Origin: Candidatus Aenigmatarchaeota archaeon
Lineage (GTDB): Archaea; Aenigmatarchaeota; Aenigmatarchaeia; PWEA01
Length of the DNA: 52,818 nucleotides
Direction: 5' to 3'
Assembly: GCA_046539305.1 (NCBI GenBank)
Contig: JBKHHE010000005.1
Location: 1 to 52,818 of the forward strand
Shown: positions 27,987 through 36,523 of the stretch, one piece after another
Position numbering within the stretch: the stretch's first letter is position 1
Layout of the letters: each line of letters starts with the position of its first letter
Program-made: the position numbers and the translations under genes
The notes under the pieces: generated by a model
Databases searched by the model: none
What the model saw: the letters and a program-made list of their open reading frames with translations, nothing else
Told to the model about the DNA's origin: nothing

Positions 27987-30776
27987 TTATTTGAGGTCGA
28001 ACCCCTTAACAAGCCCGTCCTCCTCCTTCACAACCTTCGCTTCTTTCTTCACTTCTTCCACCAGGTCTCGTTCTGAGTTGCTTCCCTTGCCGGCCACAAC
28101 AGCATTTCCTCCACGCAAAAGAACGGCCTTCTCATCAGAGTTTTCAGCTATCCTCTTCACAGCTCTGATAAGTGCCCCAGCGTTTTCGACGGGGATTTCC
28201 TTTCTGACAAATCTTTTCTGGGAGCCAAGGGCCTCATCTACAAAATCTTCACATACCTCCCTTTCCAGATCCTTTATTTCCTTCCTCATATTCTTCCACT
28301 CCTCGAAAAGCTTCTCCGGGTCCCTTGGCCTTACCTCATATTTCTTGATTTCCTCACCCAAGAAACCCCCCAGCTCTTCTAGACGTTCTTTCCTCCCTTC
28401 CCATTCCTGGGAGAACCTCTCTACCACGGATTCCAGCTCTTCAATGGGCACATCGAAAAACCCCCCTATCTTCTCAAGCGTGTAACTTTCCGTATCAATC
28501 CATTCCCCCAACCTCCCCTTGATTCTATCCCTGAAATCTCTGTACTCTCTTGCGGCCTCTCCTGCTTTGAACTCAAGACGTACTACCCCGTCCTGGACCT
28601 TCGTACTCCTTACCAGGGCTATATCATCCACCTCTGAGGTGTTGTCCAGGTGAGTGCCTCCACAGGCCTCCACATCTCTTCCGCCGCCTATATTAACTAT
28701 ACGGAGCTCGTTTCCAGGGGGGACTCCGCCCTGATATATCTTAAAACCATACTTTTTTTCGGCCTCGGACTTTTCCATGACCGTTTTCTTCACCTCAAGC
28801 CCTTCCTCAACCCAGTCCCTTGCCGCCCTTTCTATTTTATCTATCTCCTCTCTGTCAAGGTTTTTGTAATGTGTGATGTCCAACCTTGCCTTCTCCTCCG
28901 TCTTCTTGGCGCCAGCCTGGGATATGTGATCACCGAGGACTTCCGTAGTGGCCCCGTTTATAACATGGGTTGCGGTGTGATGTTGCATTAGCTGTTTCCT
29001 CCTGTTGCTGTCTATCTCTCCTTGCACAGTTTCCCCCTCCTTGAAGTCAACGTCTTTCATTATATGAAGGACTGTGCCGCCTTCGTTAACAGCTTCCAAG
29101 ACCTCTGAGCCGTTTATAGTTCCGAGGTCACTTATCTGTCCTCCCTGGCTAGGGTAAAAGCATGTCCGGTCCAAAGCCACGTACTTTTTACCTTCTTCTT
29201 CCAGTATTTTCAGAACCCTGGCCTCGAATTCCACTTTCTTCTCGTCCTGTAGGTACAGCTTTTCGGTTTCGGGCAGTCCGGACAGATCCAGTTCTACGTC
29301 CTCCTCATCTTCTACCTCCTCCCCCCCTTCCCCCGACACCCTCGAGTAAAAGTTCTTCGGCATTTCGAAGTCCACGTCAAACCTCCTTAGCAGCTCCGGT
29401 GAAATTCCGTGGGTCTCGTAAAGCTCCAGAAGTTTAGATTCATCTACTTTCTTACCCTTTAGTCCCTTTATAATTTCCCTGGCCTTCTCCTTGGTTTCCT
29501 CATATTTCTCCCTCTCGTGCCTTATTATCTTTTTGGCCTGGTCCAGGTTCTCCTTTAGTTCTGGAAACATTTCCTTGAGCTCTTCTGCGTGCCACTCCAT
29601 TACTTCTTCGAGGCTGATATCCCACTTGTACCTGTCTATAAAGTCAAAGGCGCGCCTTGCCACGACCCGAAGTGAGTGTTTCTCGCCCGTGTTGGATGGC
29701 AGTGCGCCGTCTACGAAAGCGAATAGCAGTGCCCTTGTATGGTCTGCTATAGAATAAAGCGCGGCCGTTGGTTTTATCTCTTCTCTGAGCTCCTCCTCCG
29801 TAACTCCAATTTTCTCCGCCACTTCTCTCCACGCAGTTTTCACGTCCTCTACCTCGTCCACGTTTAGCTCTCCTGAATGGGTTGTGAACTTCCTCCACAG
29901 GGATCTGTCTTTCTCCGTTCCCGTCCTTTCCACAAGCTTTTCTATAACTTGGGGCATAGAAGCCTGGTAAGAGGTTTCAGTTCCTTGGACTATCCACGCT
30001 ATCCTTTCATGGCCCATACCCATGTCAAGGACTTTTATATCAAGTTCCGAGTAGCCCCTTTCCGAGTCGTCGATCTCGTAGGACATGTAGACCTGGTTTA
30101 GAAGCTCCAGGCCGCCGACGAAGAACTCTATAGAGACGCCTAGATTTCCTCCGCCTCCCCACGCGTCTTCGTGTAAAACCACTTCTTCCTCGGGAATTTT
30201 AAGCCCCTCGACAATCCAGTCCAGCATGTCTTCAAAGTACTTTTCCTGATCGTAGTTTCCCGGCTCCTGGAACGTATGCTGGCCAATATGGTCATGGAGT
30301 ACGTAGTGTGCGCCCGTTATTCCAACGTTCTCTATGTCGTTGAACCTCAGGGATGGCTGTGCTATAACCAGGGGGTTCGCGGGAGGATCTACCTCACCCG
30401 AAACCACGTAGGGCTGAAAGTCGTAGATCGAGGCGCGCACGAACTCCGTGTCGTCTCGCCACCTTGCGAGGACAGGATATCTATTCACGGGCGTATAGCC
30501 CCTTTTCTCCATAAAATCCCGAAATTCGGTCCACACAGATGTGTAGCTCAGCTCCCGTTCCGCGGGTGAGTTACCTATGAAAGTATATCCACTGGAGCAT
30601 TCCGCCTCTCCACATACCTCCCTGTTTTTGTCCTTGGACCAGAAGTACTTCCCACAGTTTTTACATTTACCTCTCTGGAACCCCCTCTCCCTGAGCTTGC
30701 TTACAGGGAAGAACTTTTCAGGATTCTCTGACGCTTCCCCGAGTATCTGCGTCTTCAATTCCTCTAACTTTCCCAT
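27987..30776 (-). CDS. alaS: Alanine--tRNA ligase (archaeal type)
   Basis: CxxC N-terminus, RYPV.ARWR, ASIYDFQP, DMGMG.ER, IADHTR, editing HTATH and CGGTH. Confidence 0.96.
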   Translation of the reverse strand: MGKLEELKTQILGEASENPEKFFPVSKLRERGFQRGKCKNCGKYFWSKDKNREVCGEAECSSGYTFIGNSPAERELSYTSVWTEFRDFMEKRGYTPVNRYPVLARWRDDTEFVRASIYDFQPYVVSGEVDPPANPLVIAQPSLRFNDIENVGITGAHYVLHDHIGQHTFQEPGNYDQEKYFEDMLDWIVEGLKIPEEEVVLHEDAWGGGGNLGVSIEFFVGGLELLNQVYMSYEIDDSERGYSELDIKVLDMGMGHERIAWIVQGTETSYQASMPQVIEKLVERTGTEKDRSLWRKFTTHSGELNVDEVEDVKTAWREVAEKIGVTEEELREEIKPTAALYSIADHTRALLFAFVDGALPSNTGEKHSLRVVARRAFDFIDRYKWDISLEEVMEWHAEELKEMFPELKENLDQAKKIIRHEREKYEETKEKAREIIKGLKGKKVDESKLLELYETHGISPELLRRFDVDFEMPKNFYSRVSGEGGEEVEDEEDVELDLSGLPETEKLYLQDEKKVEFEARVLKILEEEGKKYVALDRTCFYPSQGGQISDLGTINGSEVLEAVNEGGTVLHIMKDVDFKEGETVQGEIDSNRRKQLMQHHTATHVINGATTEVLGDHISQAGAKKTEEKARLDITHYKNLDREEIDKIERAARDWVEEGLEVKKTVMEKSEAEKKYGFKIYQGGVPPGNELRIVNIGGGRDVEACGGTHLDNTSEVDDIALVRSTKVQDGVVRLEFKAGEAAREYRDFRDRIKGRLGEWIDTESYTLEKIGGFFDVPIEELESVVERFSQEWEGRKERLEELGGFLGEEIKKYEVRPRDPEKLFEEWKNMRKEIKDLEREVCEDFVDEALGSQKRFVRKEIPVENAGALIRAVKRIAENSDEKAVLLRGGNAVVAGKGSNSERDLVEEVKKEAKVVKEEDGLVKGFDLK

Positions 30777-30824
30777 AGCGACCAACTATAATTACAAATA
30801 AGAGAAAAATAAACGTTCTGGTTT

Positions 30825-31154
30825 TTACTCTTCAAACAGGCTACCGAGTCCTTCGGCAGCTTCCTCTTCGCCTGCTCCTTCTTCCTCCTCTTCTTCATCA
30901 CTCTCTTCCTCCTCCGCGCCCTTCTCTTCGCTTTCTTCTTCCTCATCTGTAGATGCTGGTGCGGCGCCCCCTGCAGGTACTGCAGTGCTCTCTATTGCTT
31001 CGTCTATGTCGACGTCTTCCAGCGCAGCGACAAGGGACTTGACCCTGGCTTCGTCCACGTCCACGCCTGCGGCTTCCAGCACTGCAGTGATGTTCTCCTC
31101 GTTGATTTCCTTGTCAGCGGAGTGAAGGAGCATGGCTGACTGTACGTACTCCAT
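30825..31154 (-). CDS. rpl12: 50S ribosomal protein P1/L12
   Basis: MEYV..AMLLH and acidic tail ending GLGSLF. Confidence 0.95.
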   Translation of the reverse strand: MEYVQSAMLLHSADKEINEENITAVLEAAGVDVDEARVKSLVAALEDVDIDEAIESTAVPAGGAAPASTDEEEESEEKGAEEEESDEEEEEEGAGEEEAAEGLGSLFEE

Positions 31155-31155
31155 C

Positions 31156-32001
31156 TTACGACACCTCCTCGTCTACTTTCAATTTAAGGGATTTTACCTT
31201 TGAACTGTTTATTCTTAATAACCCCTCCGCCGTTTCCTCTGTAACGAACTCGCTCTCCAGTGCCACCGAACTTGCCTCTCCCCGGGCCTTCCTGAGCAGA
31301 GACCTCACGTTCTCCCGGGTCATGTATCCCGCGTTTATAGACAGGTTCATCGCTTTCTGATATGCGCCCTTGACCCTTTCCTCGTATTCTTCCACGTCTA
31401 TGTCCAGGTCGTCCGGCTTGAAGACGTTCCCGTCCTCCCATACAGCTTTTAGACTCAGACCTATCTCCATGGGCTCTAGGTCAAGCATCTTCAAAGCTTC
31501 CGCGACCTCGTGTGTTACCTCCTCTCCATCCTCCACAATCTTGCTCTCTTCGGCCACCTGTATCTCCCCCTCATCGATGGAGGTCTTTATACCCGCGTTC
31601 TGAAGCTTGCCTATGGCGGGTCCAGGGTCTATTCCCGTTCCACCCTCCGGAATCGTGATGTCGTTGGGTGCGATGTCTCCTGCCTGTGCGGGCGCGGAAC
31701 TCTTGTTCTCCTGAAGGTAGGAGTATAGCTTGAAGGGGTTCATCTCGGTGAATATGAAGGCGGCCTCGCCCTTCAGATGGTCCTTCAACTTGTCTCCGCC
31801 TTCTACATCCGCCTCGTCCAGAGCTATCTTCATAAGCGTTTTCCTCGACATCTTTATCTTTGCCTTGCCGTGCAGGTCCTTCCTCATCTCCTGGAGCTGT
31901 GCCGCAGGAATTTTGTACATGCTTGTGACTCCGACAACGGGGTGGTCCTCCAGCAACTGCTTCAGCTCTTCGACCTCCTTCTTTTTCCATTCCCTGGTCA
32001 T
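31156..32001 (-). CDS. rplP0: 50S ribosomal protein L10 (P0), lacking the acidic C-terminal tail
   Basis: [39 protein letters not shown]. Confidence 0.95.
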   Translation of the reverse strand: MTREWKKKEVEELKQLLEDHPVVGVTSMYKIPAAQLQEMRKDLHGKAKIKMSRKTLMKIALDEADVEGGDKLKDHLKGEAAFIFTEMNPFKLYSYLQENKSSAPAQAGDIAPNDITIPEGGTGIDPGPAIGKLQNAGIKTSIDEGEIQVAEESKIVEDGEEVTHEVAEALKMLDLEPMEIGLSLKAVWEDGNVFKPDDLDIDVEEYEERVKGAYQKAMNLSINAGYMTRENVRSLLRKARGEASSVALESEFVTEETAEGLLRINSSKVKSLKLKVDEEVS

Positions 32002-32636
32002 TATATCAGCCTCACAGGACTCGACATCGTAAGTTTTATGTAGGCGGAGTATATTTGCTTCGGACCTTTGGGAAGATTTGCTTCTATCTCGTCCAGAACA
32101 GCATTCACGTTCTCTGATATCATATCCGCGTCCATGTTTTCCGTTCCCACAGGGAAATGTAGTGTCGGGCCTTCGCCAACTTTAACGGTGAGCGCGTTCT
32201 CCCTCTTCTTCAAAACGTCCTCCAGGTCAGCATCGGGGGGGAAGGGATTGGGCATCTTTCCCCTCGGTCCCAGCACTGGCCCAAGCACTTCACCAATTTT
32301 AGGCATCAGCGGAGCTTCGGCCAGAAAGTAGTCGTTTTGTTCGGCTATATTCTTTATCTCGTCTGTTTCTCCTTCCAGCTCCTCCAGGTCATCCTTCGTA
32401 ATAAGGTTCACGTCAAGGTTCTTGGCCTCACCTATCTTTGAGTCGGCTATAACACATACCTCCCTCTCCTTGCCCCTTCCATGGGGAAGTATAATGTCCG
32501 TAGAAAACCTGTTCCCGGGGTCAGTGAGGTCTATATCTCCCAGATTAACCACTAGGTCCACTGTCTGAAGGAAGTTCCTCTCGTCCGATCCTTCCTCCAG
32601 CTCTTTCACTTTCTCTACTAGATCCTCGCTGTCCAT
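32001..32636 (-). CDS. rpl1: 50S ribosomal protein L1
   Basis: RNF.QTVDL, LPHGRGK, LGPRGKMP, KLTMS. Confidence 0.95.
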   Translation of the reverse strand: MDSEDLVEKVKELEEGSDERNFLQTVDLVVNLGDIDLTDPGNRFSTDIILPHGRGKEREVCVIADSKIGEAKNLDVNLITKDDLEELEGETDEIKNIAEQNDYFLAEAPLMPKIGEVLGPVLGPRGKMPNPFPPDADLEDVLKKRENALTVKVGEGPTLHFPVGTENMDADMISENVNAVLDEIEANLPKGPKQIYSAYIKLTMSSPVRLI

Positions 32637-32709
32637 AATCTCACCTCCTACCGTCAGAACCGACGGTAGTGAACGGATGGAAACCTAATACACCTGAACT
32701 TATTTAAAT

Positions 32710-33486
32710 CTAAGCTTCTCCCCCTTCCTCGCCGGCCTCTTCCTCACCTTCTCCCCCACCCTCCTCTTCTTCCTCCTCCTCAGGCAGGTACTCGACAATT
32801 ATTTCGTAAGGTATATCCTCCCCCTCCAGTTTCCTGACCTTTTCGTCCCTCGAAAACTCGACTTCCTCTTCCTCTTCCTCCGTCTCCATCTGGCTGAGCA
32901 GCTCCTCTGCCTTTTCTCTGAACTCCTCTTCCTTTTCCTTCCTCTTCTCCTTTAGCTTTTCTCTTTTCTCCCTGAGCTTCTCCTTCTCCTCCTCGGTTAG
33001 CTCCGTTTTCTCCTGCTCAATCTTCTCGTCGTGTTTGCCTTCGTCTATATCCTCCAGTACCTCCTTTGGATCCTTTCCCTCCACCATTACACCCGAGGAT
33101 ACGCATGAACCCACCACCTGTTTCACCGCGGCCTTCATATTCGAACAGTTGAGGTCGGGAAGCTTGGACTTCGCAATCTTTATGCACTGTTCGATAAACA
33201 TATCCGCTACTTTGTCCTCCTTGGGGTGTGACGACAAGGCCTCAAGCTCCGTTTCCTTCTTTATCATCGCTGCTGTGGGAGGGGTCCCTACCTCCACCTC
33301 GAACTCGTTTGTCTCCTCATCAACAGTGACAGTTACAGGAATTTCCATTCCCTCAAAGTCCTTGGTCTTCTTGTTTATCTCCGATACAACCTCTCCTATA
33401 TCAACCCCCAGCGGACCCAGCTGTGGGCCTAAAGGAGGGCCTGCGGATGCATTCCCTGCCTCGACAAGTGCGTTTATATCAGCCAT
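32710..33486 (-). CDS. rpl11: 50S ribosomal protein L11 with long charged C-terminal extension
   Basis: GPPLGP.LGPLG, VGTPPT, GSC.S.GV.VEG, followed by about 100 extra E/K-rich residues. Confidence 0.93.
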   Translation of the reverse strand: MADINALVEAGNASAGPPLGPQLGPLGVDIGEVVSEINKKTKDFEGMEIPVTVTVDEETNEFEVEVGTPPTAAMIKKETELEALSSHPKEDKVADMFIEQCIKIAKSKLPDLNCSNMKAAVKQVVGSCVSSGVMVEGKDPKEVLEDIDEGKHDEKIEQEKTELTEEEKEKLREKREKLKEKRKEKEEEFREKAEELLSQMETEEEEEEVEFSRDEKVRKLEGEDIPYEIIVEYLPEEEEEEEGGGEGEEEAGEEGGEA

Positions 33487-33487
33487 T

Positions 33488-33937
33488 TTATTCACTCTCA
33501 CCTGAACTTTCTACTATCTTTACAGATCCTACTCCGACTGTGACCGGTATAGGAACTGTGGCCTCCAGTAGCTCGAGTGTGACCTCGGAGTTCGCTTCGT
33601 CCACTCTCGTGATCTTTCCCTTCTCACCCTTGAACGGGCCCCCAATCACCTCAACTATATCGTCTCTCTCCACTTCTATCTCTATTTCCTTCGACTCAAG
33701 GAACTGGTTTATTTCGTCTATACCAACGTCCTCGGATATTATACCTTTTGCATGCCTTACGTCTCTTACGACCTTCCTTATGTCTGTGGCATCCCCCTCT
33801 AATATCACGTATCCATCCAGCTCTTCGGGATGCACCATGGCTTTTATATCGTGGCCCGAGGAGTGCACCCTTTCATTTATGTCTTTCATCACTGTGGACT
33901 CCCTGCCTATCGTCGTCTTCAAAGTCAGTATAGTCAT
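33488..33937 (-). CDS. spt5: Transcription elongation factor Spt5 (NusG)
   Basis: KTTIGRE, GYV.LE and KOW motif GGPFKGEKG. Confidence 0.95.
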   Translation of the reverse strand: MTILTLKTTIGRESTVMKDINERVHSSGHDIKAMVHPEELDGYVILEGDATDIRKVVRDVRHAKGIISEDVGIDEINQFLESKEIEIEVERDDIVEVIGGPFKGEKGKITRVDEANSEVTLELLEATVPIPVTVGVGSVKIVESSGESE

Positions 33938-33938
33938 C

Positions 33939-34115
33939 TCACATCCCCAGAGTGCTTGGAAGCTGGAAGATAAGGAACACAGCAAACCCAATGGCCCCTA
34001 TAAGGCCTATACCAATGGCTGTCACCTTCGCGGTCTGAAAAAATTCTTCCCTTGAAGGTTTGGTTGCTACCTTCAAAACCCTTTTACAACTTTTGAAAAA
34101 AGACGATATCGACAT
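33939..34115 (-). CDS. secE: Protein translocase subunit SecE (Sec61 gamma)
   Basis: RVLKVATKPSREEF and GIGLIGAIGF; lies between ftsZ and spt5. Confidence 0.93.
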   Translation of the reverse strand: MSISSFFKSCKRVLKVATKPSREEFFQTAKVTAIGIGLIGAIGFAVFLIFQLPSTLGM

Positions 34116-34234
34116 GTTATCTGTTACGACAAATTTTAATAGGACCCAACCTTTAAAAAACTGTTTCATTCTGTCGAGACGTATAAATAAAAAAGAAAGG
34201 GTTCGCCTCCCAGGCACCCCCACAGCCGGAAGGC

Positions 34235-35362
34235 TCACTCCACGAACTCTATTCCAAGAATTTCCTCGATTTCTCTCTGTTTTTCCTCACTGTATTTCTT
34301 TCTAGGTCCGTAGATTTGCGAGGACTTCACGCCCGTCACTATGAGCATGGTCCTGATCGACTCACCGAGCTCTTCGACGATCTGCGAACCCCAGATGACC
34401 TTCGCATCATCATGTAGCTTCTCTGATACTGCTTCCACGATTTCCTGTGCTTCGCTGATGGTGCTGTCCGGGCCACCCGTGACGTTTATCAGGGCTCCAT
34501 CTGCACCTTCTATGTCCACGTCGAGCAGCGGGTTTGTCAGCGCCTTTTCAACTGCTTCCAGAGACCTGTTCTCCGTGTCTGACTCGCCCATTCCAATCAT
34601 AGCGAGTCCACCGCTTTTCATCACTGCCTTGATGTCGGCAAAGTCCAGGTTCACCAGACCTGGTTTTGTAACAAGCTCTGCAATTCCTTTGACCGCGTTT
34701 ACCAGAATCTCATCCGCGACCTTGAACGCCGTGGTCACGGAGACATCTGGTACAATCTCCAGAAGTTTGTCGTTGGGAATCACGATAAGGGTGTCCACTT
34801 CGTTTTCCAGTTTCTCTAGACCTCTTCTCGCGTTTGCCCTTCTCTGTTTGCCCTCCATGGTGAAAGGAAGCGTCACGATCCCCACAGTCAGCGCGTCCAG
34901 TTTCTGCGCTGTCTGTGCAACAATCGGTGCGCCGCCTGTTCCCGTCCCACCGCCCAGACCACAGGTTATGAAGACCATGTCACTTCCCTCGAGCTTTTCC
35001 TTGATGTCCTGTTTGGATTCTTTTGCGGCCTCTTCGCCAATTTCCGGGTCGGCTCCTGCGCCAAGTCCCTGGGTGATCTCCTTTCCTATCAGAAGCTTTC
35101 TATCGGCGTCCGTGTAGAGAAGGTCCTGTGCGTCCGTGTTTATCGCCACGGACTCCGCGCCGACAATGCCTACCTGTGTCATCCTGGAGATGGTGTTTCC
35201 TCCTGCACCACCTACACCCACAACCCTTATCTCCGCTTTCCTCTCTTCCAAAATATCCTTGAGGTTCTCGTCTATTTCATGATCAAGCTCGGGTTCGGGC
35301 GATTCAATCCCTTCGTCGTTTCTAGGCCCTTCTTCTCTTTGAATTTCCTTCGTTTCAGGCAA
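34235..35362 (-). CDS. ftsZ: Cell division protein FtsZ (FtsZ1-type by synteny)
   Basis: GVGGAGGN, GLGGGTGTG, NLDFAD; TTG start with GGAGGTGA SD. Confidence 0.97.
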   Translation of the reverse strand: MPETKEIQREEGPRNDEGIESPEPELDHEIDENLKDILEERKAEIRVVGVGGAGGNTISRMTQVGIVGAESVAINTDAQDLLYTDADRKLLIGKEITQGLGAGADPEIGEEAAKESKQDIKEKLEGSDMVFITCGLGGGTGTGGAPIVAQTAQKLDALTVGIVTLPFTMEGKQRRANARRGLEKLENEVDTLIVIPNDKLLEIVPDVSVTTAFKVADEILVNAVKGIAELVTKPGLVNLDFADIKAVMKSGGLAMIGMGESDTENRSLEAVEKALTNPLLDVDIEGADGALINVTGGPDSTISEAQEIVEAVSEKLHDDAKVIWGSQIVEELGESIRTMLIVTGVKSSQIYGPRKKYSEEKQREIEEILGIEFVE

Positions 35363-35547
35363 GATTTCACCTCCACGTTATTTGTTTTTAAACACTAATT
35401 TGGCTTAAAAATGACACGTTTGATGTCAAATGAGTCAAATAAAGCTTCACAGAGCCCCTTTACAATTTTAAAGACCCTGTGAGACTTTATAAACAAAATA
35501 ACTGATTCAAAGGTATTTAAAGGTTTTGCCAGGAGAGCCTTGATGAA

Positions 35548-35835
35548 TTAGAGGTCGGTTATATTGTAGGTAACACATCCACAGGCTTCCTTGGGACCGT
35601 CAAAGTTAGTGTCTTCCACCAGATTGTAAAGCCTCTGACCCACTTCCATTTCCCTTATCTCTTCCTCCGTCAGGTGGCATCCGTTCCTCCTTGTGAACTC
35701 GGCGCAGTTCTTCTCCAGCTCGGTCCTTGGAAACCTTGCAGAATGAAATGCAAGAACTACAAATAGAACTATCCAGAAAACAACTATTACCTTCTCTCTC
35801 CTACTCAGACTCTTCAGTCTTTCCTTCGGGTTCAT
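35548..35835 (-). CDS. Small single-TM protein with four Cys
   Basis: Basic N-terminus, TM helix, C...C...CGC; overlaps the end of the FKBP gene. Confidence 0.55.
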   Translation of the reverse strand: MNPKERLKSLSRREKVIVVFWIVLFVVLAFHSARFPRTELEKNCAEFTRRNGCHLTEEEIREMEVGQRLYNLVEDTNFDGPKEACGCVTYNITDL

Positions 35836-36478
35836 CTTCCTCTACCTTCTTGAAGTCGATTTCCTCTATATCCAGGTGCTCCTTCACTATGTCTTCGAAC
35901 TTTTCGAGTGCCTCGTCTTTGAGCTTTTCGGGTACCTCCACCGTTGCTTTTTTCCCTTCCACCTCTACGTCCGGATCCTCGCCCAGGTAGTAGCCTATAA
36001 CTGCGGCGACCTGCTCCTCCGTACCTTCTATTTTTTTATTTATCTCCACTTCGTAGTTAAGGGTTCTTCCGGCAAGGGGATGGTTCAGGTCGACCCTGAC
36101 TCTTCCGGAGTTAACGGAAAGGATTCTGCCCATCTTACCATCGAGGTTCACGCGCATACCAGGGTAAGGATTCATCTCCTCGTCTTTGAACTTCTTCTCG
36201 GAGAATGTCTTTATCAGGTCGCCCTCCCTGCTTCCGAACCCCTTCTCGGGTGGAACCTCTACCTCTCCCCCTCCACCGACCTCCATGTCCAGTAGCGCCT
36301 CGTCAAGCCCCTCCACCAACATTTCCGCACCCACTACGACCTTCACAGGCTCGTATTTCGCCCTCTCATTAACCGCGTTCTCCTCTTCTGCAATCCCCCT
36401 CTTCGTCGTGTCAAATAGCTCCCCGGACTCCTTGACTCTTCCCACGTAGTCTATCTCGACGACGTCGCCTTCTTCCAT
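35801..36478 (-). CDS. FKBP-type peptidyl-prolyl cis-trans isomerase (long archaeal SlyD-like)
   Basis: FDTT, GLDEAL, PPEK.FG, VD.NHPLAG.TL. Confidence 0.92.
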   Translation of the reverse strand: MEEGDVVEIDYVGRVKESGELFDTTKRGIAEEENAVNERAKYEPVKVVVGAEMLVEGLDEALLDMEVGGGGEVEVPPEKGFGSREGDLIKTFSEKKFKDEEMNPYPGMRVNLDGKMGRILSVNSGRVRVDLNHPLAGRTLNYEVEINKKIEGTEEQVAAVIGYYLGEDPDVEVEGKKATVEVPEKLKDEALEKFEDIVKEHLDIEEIDFKKVEEDEPEGKTEESE

Positions 36479-36523
36479 AATACCCCAAGAATAACAGGCC
36501 CTGAATTTATAAAAACTTGTCCT

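Noticed and set aside
30860-30950. Purine-rich GAA/GAG repeats (also 25880-25940 and 32720-32790)
   Set aside because: Explained by poly-Glu tails in coding sequence.
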